Part shown: piece after piece, positions 1 through 14,489 of the stretch
Numbering within the stretch: position 1 is the first letter of the stretch
How the letters are laid out: each line of letters begins with the position of its first letter
Assembly: GCF_009914755.1 (NCBI RefSeq)
Contig: NC_060939.1
Source: the human T2T-CHM13v2.0 reference genome, Homo sapiens
Length of the DNA stretch: 64,000 bases
Strand: one strand, 5' to 3'
Position numbers and translations under genes: made by a program
The notes under the pieces: model-generated
Databases searched by the model: none
Seen by the model: only the letters and a program-made list of their open reading frames with translations
What the model was told of the DNA's origin: nothing

Positions 1-678
1 GGGTCTTGGCCAGCCTCCCCAGGCTGGGGTTTAGAGGGTGGGGTCAGGGGTCAGTGTTGAGATGCACTAAGCCCCCAGGGTGGGAGGAAGTGACACGGGG
101 AGATAGGGGCCCAGTAGCCAGCTTTGTCAAGCCCAGGAGTTCCCCTCCCATGGACACAGTACTTTACTGCGTTTATATCCACCATTTCATTTACCCTTTG
201 AGGTCCCCCCATGAGGCAGATCAACTTATTCCTATTTTTAGTCAGGGAATCTCAAGATCAAAGAAAGAAAGTGGTCAGGCAGAGCCACACAGCACAGGTT
301 TGGGGCAGAGCCAGGAGGGGAATTCAGGCCCCTCGCCTCTGATCCCTGTGTGGTTCCCAGTGCCCCAGAGAACTCGCTGAGGAGAAGCCCTGGAGACGTG
401 TGCCCTGGGCCAGGATGGGCCAGAAGGATGGGGAACAGATGTTCCCTCAGGATCAGATGTTTATTTAAGACTGACTTGTTGAGAGCCATCGCTCTACCTG
501 GGATAAGGTGATGGATGTGGAAGAGCATGATTCTGCATGTGGGGACTCTGTCTCATTGTAGCATTTCCCAAGGAATATTTCAGGGAGTGTGTTCCAAAGA
601 ATGCCAGTAGTGCACTGTGAAAAAAAAAGATGCTGCTGTTGAATAAGTTTGGCCACACAGGGTTAAAAAAAGTAAAAC

Positions 679-857
679 GGGCCAGGCATGGTGGTGCACA
701 CCTGTAGTCCCAGCTACTTGAGGGGCTGAGGTGGGAGGATTGCTTGAGCCCAGGAGGTCGAGGCTGCAGCGGCTGCAGTGAGCTGAGATCATGCAACTGC
801 ACTCCATATGGATGACAAAGTGAGACACTGTCTCGAAAAAAAAAAAAAAAAAAAAAA
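679..857 (+). mobile_element. Alu monomer (AluJ/FRAM-like)
   Basis: Alu right-arm sequence with poly(A). Confidence 0.88.
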
Positions 858-1343
858 GGTAAAACAGACTTCGTTACTACAGGACTTCTCAGAGCCCTCA
901 AAGTAAATATTCATTGAGAATCCCCAACAGAATAGGCAGGCAGCATTCCCCAAATTTAGGAAATAAGCAGGGGCTTTGAAGCAGTGAAACCTGGGTTCTG
1001 AGCCCAGCTTCACCCTCTCTTTGAGCTTCAGTTACTTCATTTGTAAAATGAGGATAATTGTGCCTACCTCAGAAGTAAGATTAAATGAGATAATGCATGC
1101 TAAGCCCCCAGCACAGGGACTGTACATGTTAGGCTCGATCAAGGTTGGCTGTGGCTATTTTTTTGGCTGCTGCAGTATCTGACCCACAGCCACCTTCAGG
1201 ACAGCCTCATCTTTCTTTACCAACGCCACCTACAGACCCCAATTTATCAGTGTTCTCCCTGTGCTAGACTCAGATCTGAGTCCTAGAGCTTGGGTGGGTT
1301 TGTCCCAAGGATAGCAAGACAGGTCCCTTTTCACCCTATTTTC

Positions 1344-1645
1344 TTTTTTTTTTTTTTTTTTTTTGAGATGGAGTCTCACTCTGTCCCCCAGGTCGGAGTG
1401 CAGTGGCGTGATCTCAGCTCACTGCAACCTCCGCCTTCTGGTTCAAGCGATTTTCCTGCCTCAGCCTCCTGAGCAGCTGGGACTACAGGCGCATGCCACC
1501 ACACTCAGCTAATTTTTTTGTATTTTTAGTAGAGATGGGGTTTCTCCATGTTAACCAGGCTGGTCTCGAGCTCCTGACCTCGTGATTTGCCCACCTCAGC
1601 CTCCCAAAGTGCCGAGATTACAGGTATGAGCCACCGTGCTCAGCC
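1344..1645 (-). mobile_element. Alu (S-type)
   Basis: Poly(T) plus reverse Alu; TSD tttcacc(t/c)atttt. Confidence 0.92.
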
Positions 1646-2440
1646 AGTTTCACCCCATTTTCACCCCCAATTCTGTTCTTACTCTCTGAGGCCACAAGCC
1701 CTTTTCGAGGGGCTCTTGTCACACTTTCAGCTCACCAGGAGCCTGTGGTTATCTGTAACCTCCAGATCTTACCTTCACAAACACTGCACACCTCTGGCAT
1801 GCTCTCCAGACCTGCAGCAGAACAGGGCTGGGCTTCCCTGGATATCATTTATCCAGTTGAAACACCCCACATTGACCTTGGGCCATTAACCAATGTTACT
1901 TGGTTGAGTTGATCAGCCAATTAAGACCCTGCCTCCCTCCAACATCTCCCAATGCCTGTATTACCCCCATAGCTCCTGGGAGACAGTGAGGTTATATATG
2001 CTGAGGGAAGGCCTTTGTGGTGGCACTAAGCTGCCCCTAGCCCTGACTCAGAATATAGCTTGGGTCAGTCCTCAGGCAGGCAGAGCAGACCCTCAGGGGC
2101 TTCTGGTCCTCTGGAGCCACTTTGCTGGGGACTGATACCAAGCTTACCTGTCTGTGGTCTAGGAAAGATTTGTGGTCTGGGAAGGGGCGTCGGAGGCCTC
2201 TTGTCCTCTGTAGGTTCTGCTGCTGCCACATTGGGGCAGTGCGTGTGAGGTGTGGGGACACTCATGCATTGGTGCATGTGCATTGCCTATCCGCTGTGCA
2301 GCCTGTGTGCACCCGTGTGAGCGTCCCTGTGTGTGAGCACAGGTGTGCATTGCCCTGGGTGGGTGGGTGGCTTGGGGTGGGCATTGGCTGCTTGTATCCT
2401 TCATCCTGGTGACAGCCTGACCCCCTCATCTCTTGGGCAG

Positions 2441-2524
2441 GTGGCTGGCCTGTTTCACGACCCCAGCATTGGGAACCCCATCCACATGACCATTGTGCTC
2501 CTGGTCCTTCTGGAAGATGAGGAG
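2441..2524 (+). pseudogene. ADAMTS7P1: ADAMTS7P exon 5-equivalent (VAGLFHDPSIGNPIHMTIVLLVLLEDEE)
   Basis: cag|GTG...GAG|gtgagc; ADAMTS metalloprotease sequence. Confidence 0.92.
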
Positions 2525-2869
2525 GTGAGCGGTCATGTGGTCCCACGCTGCCTGGCAATGGCTTCGGCTGCCAGAGCCCTCCTGCCCCATGACCTGTGCT
2601 GCTCTGTATGGAAGGGCACAGTGAAGGCCTCCTTGGACTGGACTGTGTCCCCTGCCACTCCCTGGTTCCTGACTGACCCTCTCTCAGGTCCCAGGTCTCC
2701 TGCAGGAGGTTCCTACAGGAGGGGTGGTCAGGCCGGAAGCTGGACTGGTGCCTGCGGGCCTCCCACTGCCCTGCTGGGCCTCTGTCTCCTGCCTTTGTAT
2801 GGGGGAGAATTGGGCCTGACCTTCTTGGAACTCAGGGGAGGCATGAGCAGTCACTCTCTCTGCCCCCAG

Positions 2870-2994
2870 GAGGACCTAAAGATCATGCACCATGCAGACA
2901 ACACCCTGAAGAGCTTCTGCAAGTGGCAGAAAAGCATCAACATGAAGGGAGACGCCCACCCCCTGCAGCATGACACTGCCATCCTGCTCATCAG
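2870..2994 (+). pseudogene. ADAMTS7P1: ADAMTS7P exon 6-equivalent (EDLKIMHHADNTLKSFCKWQKSINMKGDAHPLQHDTAILLIR)
   Basis: AG/GT bounded; FCKWQ and HDTAILL motifs. Confidence 0.92.
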
Positions 2995-3352
2995 GTACTG
3001 CAGCTGCAGGAGGGTGGGAGCCTGCATCTCAGGGAGGTGCTTCCCAGCCCTAGGGAAGAAGCCCTGGTGGAGGAGGGGGCCGTGCTGTCAGGGAGCCCCA
3101 TTTTGAGGAGAGTTTGCGCACCTTTGGCCCAAGGCTGGATTCTGTCCGCACTTAGGGAGGTCTTTTTATTTTGAAATAATTGTGGATTCTCACACTCTTG
3201 TCAAAAATAATAGAGAGAGGGCCTGTATAGCCTTCATCCATTTCCCCCGGTGGTAACATCTTGCATGACTACAGCACAGTATCCCAATCAGGAAACTGAC
3301 ACTGATACCATCCACAGACTTACTCAGGTCTCATCGGTTCCACATGTACTTC

Positions 3353-3355
<3 letters not shown>

Positions 3356-3391
<36 letters not shown>
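3356..3391. repeat. (TG)n microsatellite
   Basis: ~18 TG units. Confidence 0.95.
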
Positions 3392-3393
<2 letters not shown>

Positions 3394-3852
3394 TCAGTTC
3401 TGTGCAGTTTCATCACTGTGGGTTCACCTACCCACCCCCACAGTCTAGATACAGATCTGTCCCATCAGAAGGATGTCTCGTGCTACCCGTTTATAGTCAC
3501 AGCCACCTTCCTCCCTCCTCCCCTAACCTCCGGCAACTGCTGATCTGTCCAGAGGCAGTTATTTTCCCTCTGCTGGACTCTGGCAGCTTCTGTCAGTGCC
3601 CCTGCTGGATAGTAACCAAAATTATTCTGTGCAGGTCTGTGTTCCTGAGGGCCAAAGAGATGCCCAGTGGCTTGTGTGTGAATGAGAATACCTCCTTCCC
3701 AAGTGGCCACTGTGCTGGCCTCATGTCACAGAATGGTGGGAAGGACATCCTTTTCACTTGGGATCAACTGGGGGTGACCCTTCCCTGGCCTTAACTCAGG
3801 TGGGCCTGGCACTCGCTAGGTTAGCCTGAAGGCCGCTTCTCTGCCTGTGCAG

Positions 3853-4028
3853 GAAGGACCTGTGTGCAGCCATGAACTGGCCCTGTGAGACCCTGGGCTT
3901 GTCCCATGTGGTGGGCATGTGCCAGCTGCACCGTAGCTGCAACATCAAGGAGGACATGGGCCTGCCGCTGACCTTCACTGTGATGGCCCCTGCAAGCTCA
4001 CTGGCCTCAAGAACAGTCTTGAGCACAG
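3853..4028 (+). pseudogene. ADAMTS7P1: ADAMTS7P exon 7-equivalent with zinc-binding motif destroyed
   Basis: [23 protein letters not shown]...GLPLTFTV followed by foreign sequence instead of AHELGH; 176 nt versus 150 expected. Confidence 0.9.
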
Positions 4029-5341
4029 GTACCGTGCCTGCCCCTATTGCTACACTGAGAGTCGAGATTCACCCTCCCAGCCTGAGAGCACTGGGTATCC
4101 AGCCTGTGGGTCACAAAGTCCAGGGGAAAGGAAGCTCTCTGGAGAAGAAGCCCCGACTGTCTGGCCATGTGCTGCCCCTGCACTGTGCCCTCCCCACAAC
4201 CAGGCTTCCCTGTTAAACAGGAGAGAGTCCTGCCTGGGCATCTCTGGGACTGGCCTGGAGGGAGTCTTATTTAAAGGGGAGTTGTGATGGGCTGGAAAGT
4301 CATTGTAGGTCTTTGGCTGTCCCTCCCCATTGCCCTCAGTGCTGTATTTTTTACTCTCGATCCCTGTCCCTGTTCCTGTTTGCTCTGTGGCCTGGGCCAG
4401 TGCCTGCCCTCTCTGGGCCTCTGTGTGCTTCCCATAGATTGAGGGGTTTGGATTCAGTGATGTCCAAGGCTCCCTCTATCTGACACCGCTGCCTAAGGCT
4501 CCTGTCTTCACAGGCCTCCAGCCACCTGTGCCCTGGCTGTTGAGCTGGCGAATATGGCAGCATCTTAGATTGTCTAGAAAGCCATCAAAGGCAGGCTCCC
4601 AGAGGGTTCTGTGGGTCAAAGCTGTTGGGGTCATCCATTCAGATGTCCGGGTTTTGTGGGTGATGGCCGTGCCTGCAGGACCTTGAAGCTGCTTATGGCT
4701 GCAGAAAGAACAGCCTGCCGCAGTACTACAATTTCCTGGCTGTGTTACCCTGGCTAGTTCCTTAGACTCTCTGAGCCTTCCTGAGGGTAATAATGAGAAC
4801 TGAGTGAGACTGTGTTTCTGAAAGTGCTTAGCATGGCCCCGGCACATAGTAGATGCTCAGGAAATAATTTTTCTCATGTCCTTCCCAAGGATGGTCTCTG
4901 GAGACCTTTCTGTGATACAGCAGCTCAGATGCCTTAACTCAAGTGCACAGCCTTGGGACAAGGACCTGTGAGTGGGAACCGCTGTCAGACTGTTCTTGAG
5001 GCCAGTGAGCTTGCAGGGGCCATCACGGGCCCACATCTGTGCCACCTGATTTGCCATTGCTGGCCAGTCCCCGGGCTGGAGCAGGGCTGCTCTGGGTCCC
5101 TGGCCCTCATTTCAGGCTCAGGCCGGAGTAGGAGCCCTTGGGATACTAGCTGTCATACCCTCATTTTACATTAAAGAAACTGAGGCTCAGCGAGAGAATG
5201 TGACTTTCTCAAGGCTGTGGCCATTGAGTGGCACAACCAGCCCTGGGAACTAGGACTATGCACCTTGTGGTTCTCCAGGGTAGGGCAGGCTAGAAGCCTC
5301 CCGCCGGCTTACCCGCCCTTGGGGCCTGTGCTCTCACACAG

Positions 5342-5484
5342 TTTTGGCATTCAGCATGATGGAAGCAGCAATGACTGTGAACCCATTGGAAACAGCCTTT
5401 CATCATGTTTCCACAGCTCCCGTACGACGCCGCTCCCCTCACCTGGTCCTGCTGCAGCTGCCAGTACATCACCAGGTTCCTTGA
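5342..5484 (+). pseudogene. ADAMTS7P1: ADAMTS7P exon 8-equivalent (FGIQHDG...ITRFL), 1-bp deletion
   Basis: Third His (FGIQHD) and Met-turn region; frame shifts after EPIG; 143 nt. Confidence 0.9.
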
Positions 5485-5517
5485 GTAAGTCCCTCCCCCA
5501 GCCCTGAGCCCCTACGC

Positions 5518-5771
5518 CTTGATCCATGAGATCAAGGTCTAATGGGGGAGATGCAGACAGTCACACTGCAGGGTCGGGGTAGAGGGAAGCAGAGGGGCAA
5601 GGTCTCGATCCATGAGGTCAAGGTCTACTAGGAAAGATGCAGACAGTCATACTGCAGGGCCGTGGTAGAGGGAAGCAGAAGGGCAAGGTCTTGATCTGTG
5701 AGGTCAAGGTCTAATGGGGGAGATGCAGACAGTCATACTGCAGGGCCAGGGTAGAAGGAAGCAGAGGGGCA
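5518..5771. repeat. 86-bp tandem repeat x3
   Basis: gatc...aaggtcta...gatgcagacagtca recurs at 5521, 5607, 5693. Confidence 0.9.
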
Positions 5772-5917
5772 TCTGGCAAAAATGTGCTGGCATCCCAAAT
5801 GTCCTCCTGGAAGGGACACTTGAGCTTGAACTTGGAGAAGGAGTGAGAATTCACACATGTGCAGAAGGGAGAAGAATGGCGTTCCTGGTAGAGGAAGCCT
5901 GAGAAAGGCCTGCAGCG

Positions 5918-5993
5918 GTAAAGGAGTGGGAGAGCTTTCAGGGAACGGCAGAACCGTAAAGGAGTGGGAGAGCTTTCAGGGAACGGCAGAACC
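5918..5993. repeat. Perfect 38-bp tandem duplication
   Basis: gtaaaggagtgggagagctttcagggaacggcagaacc x2. Confidence 0.95.
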
Positions 5994-6033
5994 CTGAGCG
6001 AGGCTATGGGAGCCAAGGCTGCGTAGGAAATAA

Positions 6034-6464
<431 letters not shown>

Positions 6465-6620
6465 TGTTCTGCTGGTTTTGTTTTGCTTTGTTTTGCTTTT
6501 TAATTTGCTATTTAATGTTGTTCTAAGTAAGAAAAAGTTTTACATTTAAATTATTAGCATAAATTTTACCATTCATCTTTATTTTGTGCAGTGCCAGTTT
6601 TAAATGCAAATGTAAGAGTA

Positions 6621-7032
6621 CAGTTGACCCAGAACAACTTGGGGGTCAGGGGTGCTGACCTCTGTGCAACTGAAAATCCATGTATAACTTTGACTCGCCC
6701 AAAACTACTAATAGCCTACTGTTGACTGGAAGCCTTACTGATAACATAAACAGTTAATACATATTTTGTATGTTATATATAATATATACTATATTCTTAC
6801 AATAAAGTAAGCTAGAGAAAAGCAAATGTTATTGAAATCATAAGGAAGAGGAAATACGTTCACTGTTAATTAAGTGGAAGTGGATCATCATAAAGATCTC
6901 CATCCTCATCCTCTTCATGTTGAGTACGCTGAGGAGGGAGGAGAAAGGCAGGGGGTGATCTTCTTGTCTTGGGGTGGCAGAGGTGGAAAAAAATCCACAC
7001 ATAAGTGGACCCCGTTGTTCAAAAGTCAGCTG
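6621..7032. mobile_element. Tigger2a/MER28-like DNA transposon
   Basis: TIRs cagttgaccc...agtcagctg flanked by TA on both sides. Confidence 0.75.
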
Positions 7033-7581
7033 TATTAACTTGTATGCAGGGTAACCAAAATTACACAATTCGTCTTTTGTAGCTGATATTTACTAGATGA
7101 TGAGATAGAATAAAACTATCTCAATTGGTTTGATCTCACTCCTTGATATGTGCACATTCTACCCAGGCTCTCTACCTTTTCTTACCGATGAAGATGGAAA
7201 GACTGAAAGGAGAAGGAACTATGGGGTTCTCTTTCCTCCCATGTCTTCATTTTCTGCATAGCAGTTGGCTAATACAGGGGTGTTAACATGGGAGAGAAAG
7301 GATGATGGGGCTTCTTGGTCATTGTCTTCTTTCTGCATTTGAAGTAATGGTTCAAATGGAAAATGCAGCCTCTGGGCCTGTCAGTGCCCCCTGTCCCTTA
7401 CTCAGTTGTTGACATAACATGTTTATCTTCTAATTGCTTTGAGTCTCACCGAACTCCTACACATTATAGATTCTGACATGGACCAAAGTAAATGTTAGAT
7501 GCAAGTGGGGCAGCAAGGAATGGTGGACACAGACACTGCCTGTGTCTCCTCTGTTCAGACACAGGCTTCTTTGTCCCATCA

Positions 7582-7897
<316 letters not shown>

Positions 7898-8251
7898 AAT
7901 AGAAGATGGCAACAGCAGAGCATTGCATACCTGCCCCACTTCTCCCCACCCTCCATTGCTTTTTGCTAGGCAAACACCTTCAAACTTAACACTTTTAGCT
8001 CTTTCTTGTGTTTACTTTCCTATTTCCGAAAAGCACTGCTAGACTCTCATTTATTGATTTTCCAGTTTAGATATTATCTAGAAGGTTGGGATTTAGCACC
8101 CTTGCATCACTTCCTATACGTACATTTGTCCCCTCACCTTTCATCCCAATTTAGTGTTAACATACTTGGATTAAGTCCATATTCTGCATTTTCATTATTA
8201 TGGCTGTAAATCTTGATGGCTGAACTAAGTGTTGTAATAAGATGGCATTTC

Positions 8252-8553
8252 TTTTTTTTAATTTATTTTTTATTTTGAGAGTGTCTCATTCTGTTGCCCT
8301 GGCTGGAGTACAGTGGTGCAATCTCGGCTCATACTGCAGCCTCCACCTCCCAGGTTCAAGCTATTCTCATGCCTCAGCCTCCCAAGTAGCTGGGATTACA
8401 GGCACCTGCCACCACGCCCAGCATATGTTTGTATTTTTAGTAGAGGCGGGATTTCTGTGTTGGCCAGGTTGGTCTCAAACTCCTGACCTCAAGTGATTCG
8501 CCACCTTAGCCTCCCAAAGTGCTAGGATTACAGGCGTGAGCCACTGTGCCCCA
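8252..8553 (-). mobile_element. Alu
   Basis: Reverse Alu. Confidence 0.9.
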
Positions 8554-9240
8554 TCTAGACGGCATTTCTTTGTAAGAACAAGCTTTTATTTGCTTGGTTT
8601 TCATTGCTTCTCCAGGCCTTCCAGATCCTTTAACAGTTTTATAAGATGTCTCTTAATCCAGTTTTCCCAAAGGTAATCTCTACCAGATAATCCAGCCGTT
8701 CCCTTCTTTCCTGGACCCTCCTCCCAACTTCCCTCTGTCCTCCAGTTTAGACTGGATGCTTTCTATGCCTGCCCCAAAATATTCATGGAGGGTCCTGTTT
8801 CTCGGATCCCATGCTACTTTTTTTTATGGGCAGGTACCTTTTTTTTTTTAATTTGTTTTGGTGGAGCACATCCTCAAGTAGCTTTCTGAGAAAGAGCGCA
8901 TGGAGGTAAATGGTTTGCCTGTCTCAAAGTGTCTTTATTCTTCCCTCACATCTGATTGATATTTTGATTTGATATCAACTTCTGGGTTGGAAGTGACTCT
9001 TCCTCAGAATGTTGAAGGCATTTTTCTGTTGTCTTCTAGTTTCCAACATTGCTCTGAAGAGGTCCCATACCATTTGGATTTGAATGTGACCTTTTAAAAA
9101 ATCTGGAAGCTTTTAGGACTCTTTCTCTTTCTCTCTCTCTTTTTGGTGATTTTAAATTTTAAATATATGCCTTGGTCTATTTTAATTTGAGGGAGCACTC
9201 ATTGGACTGTTTTAATCTAGAAACTTGTGCCCTTCAGTGA

Positions 9241-9795
<555 letters not shown>

Positions 9796-9902
9796 CATCT
9801 CTATTTTCTAGGAGGTATCTGACTCTACTTTACAATCCCTCTATTAAATTTTTGATTTTTTTCATTGTACTTTTAATTTCTTGAACTTTCTCACTCACTA
9901 AA

Positions 9903-10138
9903 TACACATTGCGTGTCTCATATCTGAAATACTTGGGACCAGAAGTGTTTTAGATTTTGGATTTTTTTTTTTTATTATTTTGGAGTATTTCCATTATACT
10001 TACCAGTTCAGAATCCCCAGTCTGAAAGTCCAAAATCTGAAGTGCTCCAAAGAGAATTTCCTCTGAGCATCATGTTAGTGCCCAAAAGTTTTGGATTTTG
10101 GAGCATTTGGATTTTGGGATTGGAGATACTCAACCTGT
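9903..10138. mobile_element. Tigger4a/MER46-like MITE
   Basis: ttgggaccagaagtgttt...ggattttgg repeats...tactcaacctg. Confidence 0.75.
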
Positions 10139-10286
10139 GCACCTTTTGATCCTATTCCTGTTTTGTGGGTACAGTGTGTTCTCTTATCTCTGTGAGGTTA
10201 TTACTTACACGGATTTGACTTTTTTCTTCTGTTCCCTGAAATGTTTTTATTTCCTTTGGGTTATTTAAAAAAATATATTTGTTTCA

Positions 10287-10596
<310 letters not shown>

Positions 10597-13500
10597 GTTT
10601 TCTTAAAATGCATTGGCTGTATTTCATATATAGCAAGGAGATGCAGAGACACTAATTGGGCAGTTTGTGGACTTGGGCAGGACTTTTCCAAGTCACTGCT
10701 GAAGGACTGGTTCAGATGGGGCTATTTTGGGGAGATCCTCTAATGTCACTATCTGAGGTCATTTTTCTGAGTGATTCAGTTTCCTGAGAGGAATCCTCTC
10801 GACTTTTCCTGGGAGAGTGTATGTCTGGCTGCAGCATTCCAGCATCCAAGTGGGAAAGGGGCTTGGCGTGTTTCTTACCCTTCAATGTGTAGACTTTTGC
10901 TTGTCCCCTTTTCTCTGTAGGTCCTTCTGCCTTGGGCCTTCATGTGTGTCCACCGTTCCTGGGCCAGAGCCTCCTGGTTCACCCTCTCCAGGAAGTGATC
11001 CCTGGCCCTCTGCTGGGTGGCAGGTGGCCGTCACTTGGCTACTCAGGGTTGGGGAGGGGATCTAGGGTCTGATCGGTTCTTACAGACTTTCAGCCCTACT
11101 GTCTTCAGCCCTCCTGGCCGTAAGGCCCTGAGGAGTCCCTGCAAACTCAGTTCCTGAGCCTTTTCGGGCTTCTGCTTCTGGGTGGTTCCCCCCTGCAGGA
11201 ATCTGACTCTCAGCTTTCATCACTCTAGCAAGTCAGCTACTGCCTGGCCATCTGCTTCCCAGCTTCCAGAATCTTGTTGACATCCTTCATTACTCATCAT
11301 CACCCCTTATGGATTTATGCCTTGTTTATTTCCTCTACTGTCATTATAGTGGAGTCTTGGAAGGAAGCAGCGATAAATCTGTCTGCTCAATGTGCCATGT
11401 TTTTCTAGAAGTCCACTCACTGTGGGGCTTAAGCAGGGATGTGACCAGGTCCATTAGGGATGTAAGAGCAAGGATACTGGCCTCCAGTGGAAGAGGGATT
11501 ACTGGGGTGGGGGGTGGGATTGGAAGCAGAGAAGAGTTTTGTTTGGTGGTTAAGAACCTAGACTGGCCTGTCCAAGAGGGTTGACCTGAAGAACTCTAAG
11601 AACCTTTCTGGGCTGACAGGTGCTTTATGGGACCTTGGGGAGAGGTCACAGCATTTCGCCAGTGTCAACTTGGACCTGGGTGGGGAGGAGGGGAGGCCCT
11701 GGTCCCTGGTTTCCTCAAAGCCAGCATTTCTACAGGGAGAGAGGCAGGCTAGGTAACATGTGGGGTCCTTCACTTCACCCCATGGACACCCCATGCAGTG
11801 ACTCCATGACCAGATCCCAGGGGTGGCCAGGGGAGCGGGCCCACATGTCTCTCCTGTCAGTGGTGGGCAGCTCTTTGCAGTCTTGAGGTGAGAGTGAAGC
11901 TTCTGACTGGAGTCACCTACTGTCTGCTTTGACCTCTTGTGGGACTGCCCAGCCCTGCTATAGTTAGCTTAAGGAGGGGCGTGGAGGGGAAGGGCTGATG
12001 GTTTGGGGGATCCGGGTGTGTCGGCAGTGCAGAGAACCTGGCAGTCAGCCTGCCAGAGGAAGGAAGGGCTGGCTGACGGCCACCTTGAGTTTCTGACTCC
12101 CAAGACAGCACCTGGGCCTGATTCTGGCAGTGGATTCTGTGAGGGTCACCTTATGCTCCCAACTTCTCCCAACATCCAGGGTGGGCTGAGAGGTTGTTGC
12201 GGCTTCAGCTGCCCAGCAGCAGGCCTGCAGGAGCCACATGTGCAGCGAGTCAGCACTGGGGCAGCCAGGAAACAAAAGGGCTCGGCTGCAGCCCAGGGAC
12301 TGTTGGTGCCGGGATGAGGCGCATTGGACCCCTCAGCCCCTGGGTCAGAGGACCCCCTGGCTGGGATGGGTGAGCCCCCAGTCTACCTCCTCGAGCCACG
12401 GAATGATGGCGGGAAGGAGGGAGCCCAGGGCCAGCTGACCCCACCACCCCCGGCTGACACTCTGCCCCGGGTGCAGGCCCAGGGAGGCTCAGGGAGCCCC
12501 AAGCCGCAGGAGAACTTGGGACACTCCTTTCTCCCTGCCAGGCCTCGCTGCCATGGTTTTGAACTTGTATGTGGGGTGAAGTATTTGAGGCCAGGCTCGC
12601 AGTTGAATGGGAGGAGCCCTGCACTGGGGGTAGCCCAGTGAGTAGACACAGCCTGGTGCAGGCAGCCTGGGCCTGGCTCCAGGTCCTGGCCATCACGTCC
12701 CTCTTGCGCGACCCGGGACAAGTGACGTATGGGCCCTGAGTGCATGAGGGAAGATGATGGTAGAGTCTGCCCAGGATGTTGTGAGGAGCAAATGAGAGGG
12801 TATGCCCCCAGCACCCTGGACCAGTCTGGCACGTGGTCATCTTGGGCACTAGGACTGCATCCAGCAGCTGCTCATCTGCCAACGCCCATGTTAGAGGATC
12901 TGTTTCCAGCCATGATGGGCAGTCTGAGTGATTCCAGGAGGATTCCAGGGTTCTCAGTAGAAGTCTGGTCACCTTGGCTTTCTTCTCTGCAGCTCTGGGC
13001 AGAGTCAGGGGCCTGTCACTGGCCAGGGGACTTAGGAGACCACACAGACCACCCACCCCACCCTGGGTCTCCCAGCTGCCAGGCCCCCTCCTCTGAAATC
13101 TGGGCTTCGGGATTCCATGGTCTGATCCACCCTCCTAGCCTCTCTCCACACCTGTCTTCAGCACTCTTGGCCCTGTTTCCTGACCCTTTCGTGTTCTCCC
13201 AGCCTCTCCACATCTCGGAGTGTCTCTTTCTCTCCCTGCTGGACTCCAGGATCCATCACCTTTGCCCTTCTTCCCTGTGCGACCCCCTGCCTGTCCCAAT
13301 CAGGACTGTATGCTCATCCCAGCCATCTGGCCTGGCACCACCTACCCTGAGTCCACCCAGACTGGAGAACTGGAGGGATTTTGCCTCCCCATCTCCCCTG
13401 CCTGGCTAGAGGCCCCAGGTCCCATGGGTCCTGCCTCCTTCCATGCTTCTGCCCAAGTCGTGGCTGCCTGGGTCATCCCCAGCCCCGCATGTCTGCATGG

Positions 13501-14489
13501 CTCAATTCTCCCCAGCCACTGCTGCCCCGCAGAGGGCCCCAAACCTTCCTCCAGGACAGCAATGAGCTGTGGGTGGGCTGGTCAGCATGCCAGGGCACTC
13601 CTGCTGCTAAGCCGTTGTAGTGGCCGCCTAAGGTCCAGCAGGTACAGCAGGCTGGTCACTGGTCCCAGAAGCAGTAGCATGCCTGAGGGCTGTACAGAGT
13701 GAGGCAGGGGCAGAAGCAGGTGCCAGCTGGGCCTGGGCCGCCCTCCCCAGGGCCCCGGACTCCACGCTCGCTGCCTCGTGGTGGTCTGGGCAGCCTTGTC
13801 TTCGCCACACCGCAGCAGCAGGAGCGTGTGGTGGACACAGATGGCACCTGCTCGTGTCTGCCAGTTTCCCCGCCACCGCTGCCAGGGAATGCCAGCTGGA
13901 GGAAGGCAGGAGTAGATAGGGTATGACAGAGGCTGGAGGCCAGCCCTGTTGGGGAGTGGGGGAAACAGGGGACAGGCACGGATGCCCTAGGCTCTCTCCC
14001 AGGGGAGGGGCTGCTTTCCAGACCTTGCCCTTCCACAGATGACCCGAGGTCTCTGCCTGGGTGGGGCCGTCGGAGGCTCTGTTGTGTCAACTGTGATGTG
14101 ATATTCTCCGGATCCTTGTCGGGCCTGGCTCCAGGGTCTGGGCTCAGACACGGAGGCTGCAGGGTCGGAGAGCAGGGCCACATGAAGGTTTGGCGGTCCA
14201 GGAGGCCTTCTGAGGGAAGGGCCCTGGCAGCGTGTGCAGAGGCCTGGGATTGGGGTTGGGGTTGTTTAGCCAGCTGGAGTGCCCAGGAGGTGAGATGAGA
14301 TTGGCTGGGAGGGCCTGTGCTACTGGCTGCAGGTGGAGGATCGGCTGAGCCGAGCGGGGAGGCTGGAGTTTCCTACAGTTGTAGGGCTCTGTGCCCCCTC
14401 CCACCTCTCCTCCTCTCCTGGCCCCACCGAGGCTTCTCCGATGGGTCTCACAGGCTGCGCCCCCCTCCATCCTCCCGTCCCATCTCTAG

